64,000 nt of DNA. Source: Alphaproteobacteria bacterium. Its GTDB lineage: Bacteria > Pseudomonadota > Alphaproteobacteria > UBA828. The notes beneath the pieces are model-generated. The model searched no databases and was not told where the DNA came from. It saw nothing but the letters and a program-made list of their open reading frames with translations. The number at the start of each line of letters is the position of its first letter. Position 1 is the stretch's first letter. The DNA is taken from positions 32,001 through 96,000 of the forward strand of contig CAXXVO010000021.1 of the NCBI GenBank assembly GCA_963422645.2, written 5' to 3'. The position numbers and the translations under genes are program-made. Shown one piece after another: positions 31,737 to 41,068 of this stretch.

Positions 31737-31754
31737 CCTGAAGGTCGTAGGTTC
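31730..31754 (+). other. Initiator tRNA-Met fragment (att-like relic)
   Basis: CTCATAACCTGAAGGTCGTAGGTTC corresponds to anticodon loop through T-stem of tRNA-fMet; cut at 31755 by an IS21 TIR. Confidence 0.7.
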
Positions 31755-32153
31755 TGTCGGTGACGGTCTAAGAGTGCACTTATTTGCTGCATTCGGCAGG
31801 TGAGCGCAGCGAGCCCATAGCCGTCGGGTTGGTGGCTGGAGGCGTTTCTCGTCGGAGCGGTGGGTAAGTAGTCCGCCGCAGCGGCCGCCAAGAGTCTGGC
31901 GGCGGCGGGCTACTTATCCACCGCGGGCGGGCGTCTCGATTCCTGTTTTGGCGAGCTGGCTGGCGGCGGTTCCGCGGACCTGACAAGGGGAGCCGCGGGA
32001 ATACACTCGGGCCGCTGAGAACGATGCGGCGCCGGCCTCATTTGCTTGGTGGCAACGACCGGCGCCGCACCCCCCGAGCCATGCAAGGCACGGCCCATAT
32101 GCGCAGTATCGTGCGGGTTTGGGCGTGGGTCCACCCCGTTCTCATCGGTCGCG

Positions 32154-32588
32154 ATGAAGAACGCCGCCCGCCTGTACAACTGCGCCTCCTGTCGTCGCCA
32201 GGTCGTTCTCTGCCGGCGCTGTGACCACGGCAACATCTACTGTTCGCGGAGCTGCGGCGAGGAGGCGCGGCGGCACTCGCAGCGCCGTGCCGGGCAGCGC
32301 TACCAGAACGGCCGCCGGGGCCGACACAAGCATGCCGAGCGCCAGCGGCGCTATCGCGAACGCCGGCGACGCCGGACGCCGGTGAATCGGCGCCGCGGGC
32401 AGAAAGTGACGCATCACCCTTTGACCGCCGCGCGGCGGCGTCCTGTTGTGACGCGGACGCCGGCAGGGCGTCTGGGGACGCGGCCATTCGGGCGCGAGCG
32501 GCCCGCCAGGGTCTTCCGCTGCGATCGCTGCGGCCGGTTCTGCGGGCGGGAAGTCTATCCGGGCCTGCGCCCGGCGGGAGAGGGGTGA
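32154..32588 (+). CDS. Cys-rich basic hypothetical protein upstream of istA
   Basis: CASC, CRRC, CSRSC, CDRC motifs; Arg-rich helix; stop 1 bp before istA ATG. Confidence 0.65.
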   Translation: MKNAARLYNCASCRRQVVLCRRCDHGNIYCSRSCGEEARRHSQRRAGQRYQNGRRGRHKHAERQRRYRERRRRRTPVNRRRGQKVTHHPLTAARRRPVVTRTPAGRLGTRPFGRERPARVFRCDRCGRFCGREVYPGLRPAGEG

Positions 32589-32589
32589 G

Positions 32590-34086
32590 ATGACCATCGA
32601 CAAGGAGATCCGCGCCGAGATCCTGCGCCTGTATTACGCCGAGAAGTGGAAGATCGGCACGATCGCGCGCCAGCTCGGCGTCCATCACATCACCGTCGAC
32701 CGCGTTCTGGCCGACGCCGGGGTGCCTCGGCAGGACCGGCGGCGCCGGAGCTCGAAGCTCGATCCCTTCATCCGCCACACGCTGGCGGTCTATCCGACGC
32801 TGACCGCCAGCCGGCTCTACGACATGGTGTACGAGCGTGGCTACCGGGGGAGCCGGAGCCACTTCCGCAACATGATCGCCGCCGAGCGGCCCAGGCCCGT
32901 GGCCGAGGCCTATCTGCGCCTCAAGACCCTTCCCGGCGAGCAGGCCCAGGTCGACTGGGCCCACTTCGGCAAGGTAAGGATCGGCCGCGCGCAGCGCCGC
33001 CTGATGGGCTTCGTGATGGTTCTCAGCTACTCGCGCCGCACCTTCCTGCGCTTCTACCTCGACGCCGGGATGTGCAACTTCCAGCGCGGCCATATCGAAG
33101 CCTTCGAGGCGTGGCAGGGCGTGCCCCGCGAGCTCTGGTACGACAACCTGAAGAGCGTCGTGCTGGAGCGCCGCGGCGCCGCCATCCGGTTCAACCCCCG
33201 GATCCTCGACTTCGCCGGCCATTACCGATTCCTTCCCAAACCCGTCGCGGTCGCGCGCGGCAACGAGAAGGGGCGCGTCGAACGGGCCATACGCTATATC
33301 CGCGACAGCTTCTTCGCCGCCCGCCGGTGGCGCGATCTCGACGATCTCAACGCTCAGGCCCAAGCCTGGTGCGACGGCATCGCCGCCGACCGCCCCTGGC
33401 CCGAGGACCGCTCGATCGGCGTGCGCGAGGCCTTCGAGCGGGAGCGCGGCTCGCTGATCGCGCTGCCCGGCGATCCCTTCCCCGCCCACGACCGGGTCGA
33501 GGTGAAGATCGGCAAGACCCCCTATGCCCGCTTCGACCTCAACGATTACAGCGTGCCGCACACCCATGTGCGGCGCACCCTCGTGGTGGTCGCGACGCTC
33601 GAGGAAGTGCGCATTCTCGACGGCGTCGACGTCATCGCCAGTCATCCGCGCAGCTTCGACAAGGACGCCTGCATCGAGATCCCCGAGCACATCGCCGAGC
33701 TGGTCAGGCACAAACGTCAGGCCCGCCGCCTGCGCGGCCAGGACCGGCTGGTCCGGGCCGCACCCGGCAGCGAGCGCCTGCTCGCCGACGCCGCCATGCG
33801 CGGCGACAATATCGGCGCCATCGTCGCCGCCCTGCTGCGCCTGCTCGACGCCTACGGCGCCGCCGAGCTCGAGGCGGCCATCGGCGAGGCGCTGAAGCGC
33901 GGCGTCCCCCACCCCAACGCGGTGCGCCAGAGCCTGACCCGGCGCCGCGAACAGCGCGACAAGCCGCCGCCCATCCCGGTCGACCTGCCCAGCGATCCGA
34001 GAGTGCGCGACATCACGGTCCGCGATCACGATCTGACCGGATACGACGGGCTGGCCGGCGAAGCCGAGGAGGACAGCGAAGAATGA
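32590..34086 (+). CDS. istA: IS21-family transposase IstA
   Basis: N-terminal HTH, PGEQAQVDW, YDNLKS, EKGRVER, NDYSVP. Confidence 0.93.
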   Translation: MTIDKEIRAEILRLYYAEKWKIGTIARQLGVHHITVDRVLADAGVPRQDRRRRSSKLDPFIRHTLAVYPTLTASRLYDMVYERGYRGSRSHFRNMIAAERPRPVAEAYLRLKTLPGEQAQVDWAHFGKVRIGRAQRRLMGFVMVLSYSRRTFLRFYLDAGMCNFQRGHIEAFEAWQGVPRELWYDNLKSVVLERRGAAIRFNPRILDFAGHYRFLPKPVAVARGNEKGRVERAIRYIRDSFFAARRWRDLDDLNAQAQAWCDGIAADRPWPEDRSIGVREAFERERGSLIALPGDPFPAHDRVEVKIGKTPYARFDLNDYSVPHTHVRRTLVVVATLEEVRILDGVDVIASHPRSFDKDACIEIPEHIAELVRHKRQARRLRGQDRLVRAAPGSERLLADAAMRGDNIGAIVAALLRLLDAYGAAELEAAIGEALKRGVPHPNAVRQSLTRRREQRDKPPPIPVDLPSDPRVRDITVRDHDLTGYDGLAGEAEEDSEE

Positions 34087-34871
34087 ACGACACCCTCAAG
34101 GACCGGGCCCGCGCGCTCGGCCTGCACGGCCTCGTCGCCCATTGGGGCGAGGCCGGCGAGCGCGACTGGCCCGCCGCGCTGGTCGCCTGGGAAGAAGAAG
34201 AGCGGCGCAGCCGCAGCCTCAAGCGGCGCCTCGCCGACGCCCGCCTCGGACAGTTCAAGCCGCTCGCCGACTTCGACTGGGCGTGGCCCAGACGCTGCGA
34301 CCGCATGGCCGTCGAGGACCTCATGAACCTCGACTTCCTCGACGAGGCCGCCAACGTCGTCCTGGTCGGCCCCAACGGCGTCGGCAAGTCGACCATCGCC
34401 GCCAATATCGCCCACCGCGCCGTCCTCGAGGGGCACACCGTGCGCTTCGCAACCGCCGCCAGCATGCTCGGCGAGCTCGCCGCGCTGGACAGCGACACCC
34501 TGCTCCAGCGCAAGCTGCGCTTCTACGCCCGCCAGCACCTGCTGGTGATCGACGAGGTCGGATACCTGTCCTACAGCAACCGCCATGCCGATCTGCTGTT
34601 CAATATCGTCTCCAGCCGCAGCCAGCAGAACTCCACCATCGTCACCACCAACCGGCCCTTCGCCGAGTGGGGCGAGGCCTTCCCCAACGCCGCCTGCCTC
34701 GTCGCCCTGGTCGACCGCCTCGTCCACAACGCCGAGATCGTCGCCATCGACGGCGAGTCCTGGCGCCGCAAGGAAGCCGAGGAACGCCAGAAGCAGCGCA
34801 GCGCCGAGCGCCGCCGGCGGCGAGGCGGGAAGGCCGCCGCGCAGGATCCCGGAGAACCGACGTCGGCATAG
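34083..34871 (+). CDS. istB: IS21-family AAA+ helper ATPase IstB
   Basis: GPNGVGKS, VIDEVGY, TTNRPFAEW, DRLVHN; ATGA overlap with istA. Confidence 0.93.
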   Translation: MNDTLKDRARALGLHGLVAHWGEAGERDWPAALVAWEEEERRSRSLKRRLADARLGQFKPLADFDWAWPRRCDRMAVEDLMNLDFLDEAANVVLVGPNGVGKSTIAANIAHRAVLEGHTVRFATAASMLGELAALDSDTLLQRKLRFYARQHLLVIDEVGYLSYSNRHADLLFNIVSSRSQQNSTIVTTNRPFAEWGEAFPNAACLVALVDRLVHNAEIVAIDGESWRRKEAEERQKQRSAERRRRRGGKAAAQDPGEPTSA

Positions 34872-34873
34872 CC

Positions 34874-35764
34874 GTGGATCGCCTCGATCCATGGAACCGG
34901 CGGGTGCGGGCCGAGGCCCTGCGAGGCTATCCCCTCGAAGACGTCGTCCACCGCCTCGGCTACCGCCGCGATCCCGCCGATGCCGCACGTTGGAGACGTC
35001 CCGGATCGGTCGTCAGCATCAACGGCTTCATGTTCTACGATCATCTCCGCGGAGAGGGCGGGGGCGGAGCCATCGACCTGGTCATCCATGCGCGGCGGTG
35101 CCCGCCGCCCGAGGCCCTGGCCTTCCTCTCGAAACTGCCGTGCCGTGACCGGATCCCGGCCGATCGTCGCCCGAGGCCGCCGTGCTCGGAGCGCCACTGG
35201 CCCGCCGTCCAGCGCTGCCTCGTCGAGCAGCGCGGCCTCGGAGGCACGCTCGCCCTGTGCCGCGACCTCGGCCTGGTACACGCCGACCGGCAAGGCAACG
35301 CCGTGTTCGTCCGCCGAAACGCGGCCGGCGAGGCGACCGGCGCCGAGATCGTCCCCGCCGCGGGAGCGCACCGCCCCGCGCTATCTCCGGCCGCGCGCGG
35401 CGGCTTCTGGATGTCGTGGGACCCCGACTGGCCGATCTCCGTCATCCTCGCCAAGAGCGCCATCGACGCCCTGTCGGTCCTCTCCCTCCACCTCGTCCCG
35501 GCCGGGCGCAAGGGATGCGCCGTGGTCTCAACCGGCGGCGCCAACGCAAGCCTCCCCGAATGGATCGAGGCATGGAACCCCGGCCGGATCTTCTGCGCCT
35601 ACGACGCCACCCGCCAGGGCGATGACGCCGCCGCCCGGCTGATCCGAAAGAACAACAGGATCGTCCGCATGCGCCCGGCCCTCGATGGCCTGGACTGGAA
35701 CGACTTGCTCATGCGCGAGCGCGCCGGCGAACCGATCCAGGCCGATGACCGGCCCCTCGACTGA
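34874..35764 (+). CDS. Primase-like DUF3991/Toprim-domain protein
   Basis: GGGGAIDLVIH, AKSAIDALS, CAYDATRQGD, DWND; inside the IS21 TIRs. Confidence 0.65.
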   Translation: MDRLDPWNRRVRAEALRGYPLEDVVHRLGYRRDPADAARWRRPGSVVSINGFMFYDHLRGEGGGGAIDLVIHARRCPPPEALAFLSKLPCRDRIPADRRPRPPCSERHWPAVQRCLVEQRGLGGTLALCRDLGLVHADRQGNAVFVRRNAAGEATGAEIVPAAGAHRPALSPAARGGFWMSWDPDWPISVILAKSAIDALSVLSLHLVPAGRKGCAVVSTGGANASLPEWIEAWNPGRIFCAYDATRQGDDAAARLIRKNNRIVRMRPALDGLDWNDLLMRERAGEPIQADDRPLD

Positions 35765-35895
35765 ACCGCGCCATATCCCCGAACACCAACACGCGTATCC
35801 AGCGGCGCCACCGTGCGGCACGCCACACGCCCCAGGCCGACTACGCCAACCGGGGAATGCAGCAAATATGCGCACTTCTAAGCCGTCGCTAACAC

Positions 35896-37200
35896 GCCTT
35901 CGTCTATGGCCGGACACATGTCCAGCGGCGGACGGACGGGACCGCACGATGCCGCGTCGTGCCGATGGAGGACTGGCACGTCTGCATCCCGGATGCCCAT
36001 GAGGGCTTCATCGATTGGGACGAGTACCTTCGTAATCGAGCCATCATGACCGGCAATGCCACCGCCTTCCTGCCATCGCCTTCGCGGACCGCGGCGCCCC
36101 GCGAGGGGGCGGCGCTGTTGCAGTCGCGGGTGATCTGCGGCCACTGCGGCCGGCGCATGGGCATGCAATACAACCGCGCTCTCCCGCATCGCAACCGGCC
36201 GGCGCGCTACTTCTACGTCTGCAATGAAGAGTTGGCCCGCTACGGACGGAAGACCTGCCAGACCATGCGCGGCGATCTCGTCGACGCCGAGATATCCCGC
36301 TTCGTGATCGACGCGTTGAACCGCAAGAACATCGATCTTGCCCTGGCGGTCCAGGAGCAGGTCGATGTGGAGTTCGCCGAGGCCGATGCCCAGCGCGCCA
36401 GGCGCATCGAGGCCATCCGCTACGAGGCCGATCTGGCGCGGCGGAGGTTCTTCGAGGTCGACCCGGCCAACCGGCTGGTGGCGGCATTGCTGGAGGCCGA
36501 CTGGAACGAGCGCCTGCGCGAGCTGGAAGAGGCGTGCCGGGAACGGGAGGCCCGCGGCGCGGCGCGCGATACCGAGCTGTCCGAGCGGCAGGCCGAACGC
36601 ATCCGGGAACTGGCGTGGGACTTCGAGCAGGTATGGAACGCCGCCCAGACCGGAAACGCGGATCGCAAGCGGCTGCTCGGGCTTCTGATCGAGGATGCGA
36701 CGCTGACCCGGGACGGCTCCGAGGTGACGATCGGTCTGCGTATGCGCGGGGGGCGTTCCCTGACCCTTGAGACCCTTCAGCTGCCGAGACCGATGGCGGA
36801 GATCCGCAAGACACCTGCGGAAACGGTCGCCGCGGTCGACCGGCTGCTGGAAACTCACGGTGACGAAGGCACCGCACGGGCGCTGAACGCGATGGGGCGC
36901 CGAAACTGGAAGGGCCAACTCTACACGGCCGCGCACGTGGGCAGGATACGGCGGGCTTACGGGTTGCCCAACTACCTCGAACGCGCGACGAAATGGCTTC
37001 GCGACCGGGGCTTCTCGACAGCCGCGGAAGTAGCCGCCCAGCTCGACTTCAACGAGAGGGTCGTCCGGCGGGTGGGCAGAACCGCAACGGACGCGCGGGT
37101 GGAGCGGGTCATCGTCCCGACCGAAGGCCGGCGACGGTACTGCATGTACAAGTCCAACTGCGCCGGCAAAACGGCGCCGTTGTCGGAACCCGCATCGTGA
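35896..37200 (+). pseudogene. Large serine recombinase, C-terminal half only
   Basis: Starts at the IS21 end with AFVYGR...AHEGFIDW, ALLQSRVICGHCGRRM Zn ribbon, VDPANRLVA coiled coil; catalytic N-terminus absent. Confidence 0.8.
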
Positions 37201-37280
37201 GGCTGAAACTGCCCCCAGAGAACGACACCATCGCGGCAGCCGGTCGGCCCGGGCGCCGGTGGAGACTCGAAGCCCTCACC

Positions 37281-37312
37281 AAAAAAGGGGCCAGCGCCGA
37301 AGCGCCGGCCCC
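37281..37312 (-). terminator. Rho-independent terminator downstream of ssb
   Basis: Minus strand GGGGCCGGCGC-TTCG-GCGCTGGCCCC-TTTTTT. Confidence 0.8.
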
Positions 37313-37346
37313 CGAGTTGGGAGGGAGGAACGAAGGGAAGTGGTCC

Positions 37347-37793
37347 TCAGAACGGGATCGAATCGTCCGGATCCGGGGACATGGCCGACCCGTTCGCGGC
37401 CTCGGCCGTGGCGGCTGCGCCGTTGCCGTTGGCCCCGTTCGGCTTGTCGAGGAACTGGATGCGCGAGCCGGGCACGAGCAGGATCTCGGTGGAGAACCGG
37501 TCCGAGTCCTCGCCGTCCTTGCGGAAGCGCCGGGTCTGCATCTTGCCCGCGACATAGACCAGCCGGCCCTTCTTCGCGTGCTTCTCGAGCATGTCGACGA
37601 GGCCGTCCTGGAACGTCACGCAGCGGTGCCACTCGGTCTTGTCGATCCGCTCGCCGCTGCCGTTCCGGTCGATGTAGCTCTCGTCGGTCGCCACGCTCAT
37701 GTTGGCCACGCGGTCCCCGGAGGCGAGATGGTTGACGGTGACGTCGGCGCCGAGGCGGCCGATGACTTCCGCGCGGTTGAGTCCGAAGCTCAT
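37347..37793 (-). CDS. ssb: Single-stranded DNA-binding protein
   Basis: LNRAEVIGRLGAD, TEWHR, acidic tail DDSIPF; RBS AAGGAG. Confidence 0.93.
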   Translation of the reverse strand: MSFGLNRAEVIGRLGADVTVNHLASGDRVANMSVATDESYIDRNGSGERIDKTEWHRCVTFQDGLVDMLEKHAKKGRLVYVAGKMQTRRFRKDGEDSDRFSTEILLVPGSRIQFLDKPNGANGNGAAATAEAANGSAMSPDPDDSIPF

Positions 37794-38030
37794 GGTCTTC
37801 TCCTTCAGGTCTGGTTGATGACGATGGAATGCGAACGGCCGGGACGACTCTCTCCGTCCCCTTCTCCGTTCACCCTTCCCGCGCTTCACTCCAACTCCGG
37901 TCTGACGTCAGACCCGGTATCGGAGGAAATGGAACGATGTGGCTTGACTTCGCCTGGACCATATGGAGTGCAAGGGAACGGCAAGACCACTAGATCTGCC
38001 GGTTCGACCTCACAGTCCCAACAAGGTGCA

Positions 38031-38174
38031 TCATGAAACACGAGACTTGTCGACGTAGCTCTCGTCGGTGGCGATGCTGAGATTGGCCACGCGGCCCCCC
38101 GAGACGAGATGGTTGACGGTCACGTCGGCGCCGAGGCGTCCGATCAGTTCCACGCGGTTCAGTCCGAAGCTCAT
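38031..38174 (-). pseudogene. ssb: Truncated second ssb copy (N-terminal ~43 codons)
   Basis: MSFGLNRVELIGRLGAD...ATDESYVDK followed by unrelated sequence. Confidence 0.8.
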
Positions 38175-38280
38175 GGTTGTCTCCTTCATGCTCTCGATGA
38201 TGACGTTGGGTTGCGAACGTCCGGAGGCCGGATCGATCTCTCTCTGGCCCCCTTGCCGTTCACCCTTCTCTCGCTTCCCA

Positions 38281-38436
38281 CTACCTCTCGTCCGCCGGGG
38301 CCTCGCGGTCGGGGCAGCTACGGGCGCGGTCGTCGGCCAGCGCTTCGCGGACGACGCGAAGGTCGAGCCCGATCTCGGCGAGCAACAGGCCGCCGGTCGG
38401 GGTGATGGGGTCGTAATCGGAGTGAAGATCGAACAT
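38281..38436 (-). CDS. Small hypothetical protein (51 aa, not in ORF track)
   Basis: MFDLHSDYDPITPTGGLLLAEIGLDLRVVREALADD...; RBS AAGGAG upstream. Confidence 0.45.
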   Translation of the reverse strand: MFDLHSDYDPITPTGGLLLAEIGLDLRVVREALADDRARSCPDREAPADER

Positions 38437-38562
38437 CGCCGGGTCTCCTTGCGGTTGCCGCGCCCGGCAGACGGGAGCTCTTCTCCCTTTCGTTCGCCGG
38501 GCACTCGCCCGGCGCCCGCTGTCCTCGACCTTCAGATGACCCCTGCCGTCGAGGGGGACCGC

Positions 38563-39594
38563 TCAGGTCCAGCCCGTGAGCGTCGCCGTGATGGGCGCGT
38601 CGCTCACGATCTCGATCTGGCCCCTCGACAGCTTCGCGAACGCGAGACAGAGCGCGACATCGGCCTCGCAGTCGAACGGGCCGTGTTCCCTGCCCGTCGC
38701 GAGTTCGATCACGGTGAAGCTGGGACCCCAGACCGGGATGCCGCGGAAGTGATCCGAGCGCTCGTAGGATCGTTTCGCGCACTCGGCGCAGCGGCAGGAT
38801 CCCTGCGCCGGACGGCCGCAATCGGTGCAGGCGTCCATGGCCCGGCGCTCGGCGTAGCGCCGGCGTGCGGCGGCGTTCTTGCGTTCAGGCGAACCGCGTT
38901 CGGCTTCGAGCACGGCGCAGGGGGCGCATCTCGAACCGCCGTCCGCGGTCGGCTCGCCGCACCGGCCACAGAGGCCCGCGGACCGGCGGGCAGCGTAGAC
39001 CTCGCGCTCGGCCGCCCGCCTCGCCATCCGGCACAGCTCGCAGGTCGTGCCGGACTCGACGGGTGGCCGGCGCCCGCATCGGGTGCACAGGCCGGCATCG
39101 CGCCGATCGTGCTGGCGCTTGCCGCTCCTTGTACGGGCATTCCTGCGTTTAGCGTCCGGGTCTCTGCCGCCATACAGTTTGCCGGCGGCCTTGCCCGCCG
39201 CATAGCGGGCGCGGTCGGCTTCGCGCCGCTTCTTCCCGCAGCTTTCGCAGACGGTGCGCTCCGGGGCGGCGGGCGCTTGGCCGCAGCGCGTGCATGCGCC
39301 CTGGGTCTGGCGTCCGGCGACCTGCCGCCGGTAGCGTCGGCGCTCGGCCGCGCGGGCTTTCTCCGGGTCCCGGCGCGGCTTGCCAGCGGCCCGGAGCCTC
39401 GCGTCGCGGGCGCGCCCGGCGGCGCGACGCTTCTCGCCGCACAGCTCGCACGCGCTGCGGCCGGGCGCGGGCGGTCTTTCCCCACAACGCGGGCACAGCC
39501 CGGCGGCACGGCGTTCGGCGGTGCGCCGCGCGAACCGTTCGCGGTCGCGCGCACGGCCCGTTTCGGGGTCGCGGTAAGCCATCGGCTGCTCCAT
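38563..39594 (-). CDS. Hypothetical protein with five tandem CxxC-x8-10-CxxC Zn-ribbon repeats
   Basis: GLCPRC..CELC, GACTRC..CESC, GLCTRC..CELC, GLCGRC..CAPC, DACTDC..CAEC separated by Arg-rich helices. Confidence 0.75.
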   Translation of the reverse strand: MEQPMAYRDPETGRARDRERFARRTAERRAAGLCPRCGERPPAPGRSACELCGEKRRAAGRARDARLRAAGKPRRDPEKARAAERRRYRRQVAGRQTQGACTRCGQAPAAPERTVCESCGKKRREADRARYAAGKAAGKLYGGRDPDAKRRNARTRSGKRQHDRRDAGLCTRCGRRPPVESGTTCELCRMARRAAEREVYAARRSAGLCGRCGEPTADGGSRCAPCAVLEAERGSPERKNAAARRRYAERRAMDACTDCGRPAQGSCRCAECAKRSYERSDHFRGIPVWGPSFTVIELATGREHGPFDCEADVALCLAFAKLSRGQIEIVSDAPITATLTGWT

Positions 39595-39667
39595 GTCGGT
39601 GGTGATTTCCGGACGGCGGACACCCGGCCGGCGACGGGACGGCGGGACATCCGCAGGAGCACGCCGG

Positions 39668-39994
39668 TCAGCCCTTCTGCTTGCGGTCCGTGAATATCCC
39701 CATGGCCCGCCAGCCCCAGAGCTGCACGCCGGAGCCGCGCCGCTTGACCCCCGTCGCGATGATGATTTCGTCGCGCGCGGGCCGCATCTTCTCGACCGCC
39801 TTCAGCGAGGCGATCGTCGGCCGCGCCTTGCGCCGGCCCTTCGGCTTCGTCCCGTCGGCGCCGACCGGAACGATGTCGCCGTTCGCCATGGAGCGGAACC
39901 GCTGGACGGCATAGCGGTCGTCATCGAGACCGCCGCCGACGAAGTGGGTGAGGAACGTGCGCGCGTCGCCGCGCGGTGCGATCGCCGTCTGCAT
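39668..39994 (-). CDS. Small hypothetical protein (108 aa), paralog of 59990-60310
   Basis: RBS AAGGAG; MQTAIAPRGDARTFLTHFVGGGLDDDRY...GIFTD. Confidence 0.7.
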   Translation of the reverse strand: MQTAIAPRGDARTFLTHFVGGGLDDDRYAVQRFRSMANGDIVPVGADGTKPKGRRKARPTIASLKAVEKMRPARDEIIIATGVKRRGSGVQLWGWRAMGIFTDRKQKG

Positions 39995-40389
39995 GGTGCC
40001 GTGCTCCTTCGAGAGGTGAACAAGGACGGCGGAGGCGGCTCCCTCTAGAGCGCCGACCGCCGCCCCGCTCACGGCCGAACCTTTCCTCTCGATGGTGCGG
40101 GGCAATTCAGGGGCGCGAGTAAACGGCGGCGGTGCCGACGGCGATACGGATACGGACAAGCGAAACATGATCCCACCGGCGCGGCGGGCGTGCCGGGGTC
40201 GTTCGTCGGCTTTCGGGAGACGGTCCGGCCTGCGTCGCGTTCCGTGCGTACTGCTTGTGCGGAAGGGTTATTGGGGCGGGCGGGCGGCCGCCGTACCGGC
40301 GTTGCGGGCCGATGTGATCGCCCGCAGCGTCTTGATAGCATCGCAATCGGTGTGTAAATTGGGCTTCCAGCCGAACGGAGGGCATGGCC

Positions 40390-40632
40390 ATGGCGAGCAT
40401 CACGATCCGCAACCTCGACGACGACGTGAAGACGCGCTTGCGCGTGCGCGCCGCCGAACACCACCGCTCCATGGAGGAGGAGGCGCGGCTGATCCTGCGC
40501 GAGGCGGTGGGGGGCAAGGCGGACTCGCGGAACCTCGCGAGCATCGTGCGTTCGCATTTCGGGCCGGACAACGGGGTGGACCTGGAGTTGCCGCCTCGCG
40601 AGGCCGGGCGCCAGCCGCCGTCTTTCGACTGA
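40390..40632 (+). CDS. FitA/VapB-like ribbon-helix-helix antitoxin
   Basis: MASITIRNLDDDVKTRLRVRAAEHHRSMEEEARLIL. Confidence 0.9.
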   Translation: MASITIRNLDDDVKTRLRVRAAEHHRSMEEEARLILREAVGGKADSRNLASIVRSHFGPDNGVDLELPPREAGRQPPSFD

Positions 40633-40642
40633 GCCCTCGGCC

Positions 40643-41068
40643 ATGGCCGTGCTGTTAGACACAAATGTGGTGTCCGAACTGATCCGCAAGGCGCCCGATC
40701 CGGCCATCGAGACGTGGGCCGCTGGCCACGCCCTGGAAGACCTGTTCTTCTCGGCGGTGGGCGAAGCGGAGCTGCGCTACGGCGCCGCCATTCTGCCGGC
40801 AGGCCGGCGGCGGGAATCGCTGGTCCGGGATATCGAGGCAATGCTGAGCGACGCCTTCGATGGCCGCGTGCTGCCGTTCGACAGCAGGGCGGCCCGCGCC
40901 TATGCGGATATCGCGGCCATGCGCCGTTCAGCCGGCCGCACGGTCCCGCCGGCGGACTGCCAGATCGCAGCGATCGCCCGATCCCGCAATATGGCGGTGG
41001 CGACCCGCAACGTTCGCGACTTCGATGACATCGACATCGAGGTCGTCGATCCGTGGACGGCGGCGTGA
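40643..41068 (+). CDS. vapC: PIN-domain toxin (FitB/VapC)
   Basis: LLDTNVVSE, ELRYG, DCQIAAIA, TRNVRDF. Confidence 0.92.
   Translation: MAVLLDTNVVSELIRKAPDPAIETWAAGHALEDLFFSAVGEAELRYGAAILPAGRRRESLVRDIEAMLSDAFDGRVLPFDSRAARAYADIAAMRRSAGRTVPPADCQIAAIARSRNMAVATRNVRDFDDIDIEVVDPWTAA

Larger units (their letters stand above)
31755..35894 (+). mobile_element. IS21-family transposon with two accessory ORFs (4140 bp)
   Basis: 40-bp TIRs TGTCGGTGACGG...GCTGCATTC (31755-31794) and 35855-35894 match at 31/40; TG...CA ends; no TSD. Confidence 0.85.
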
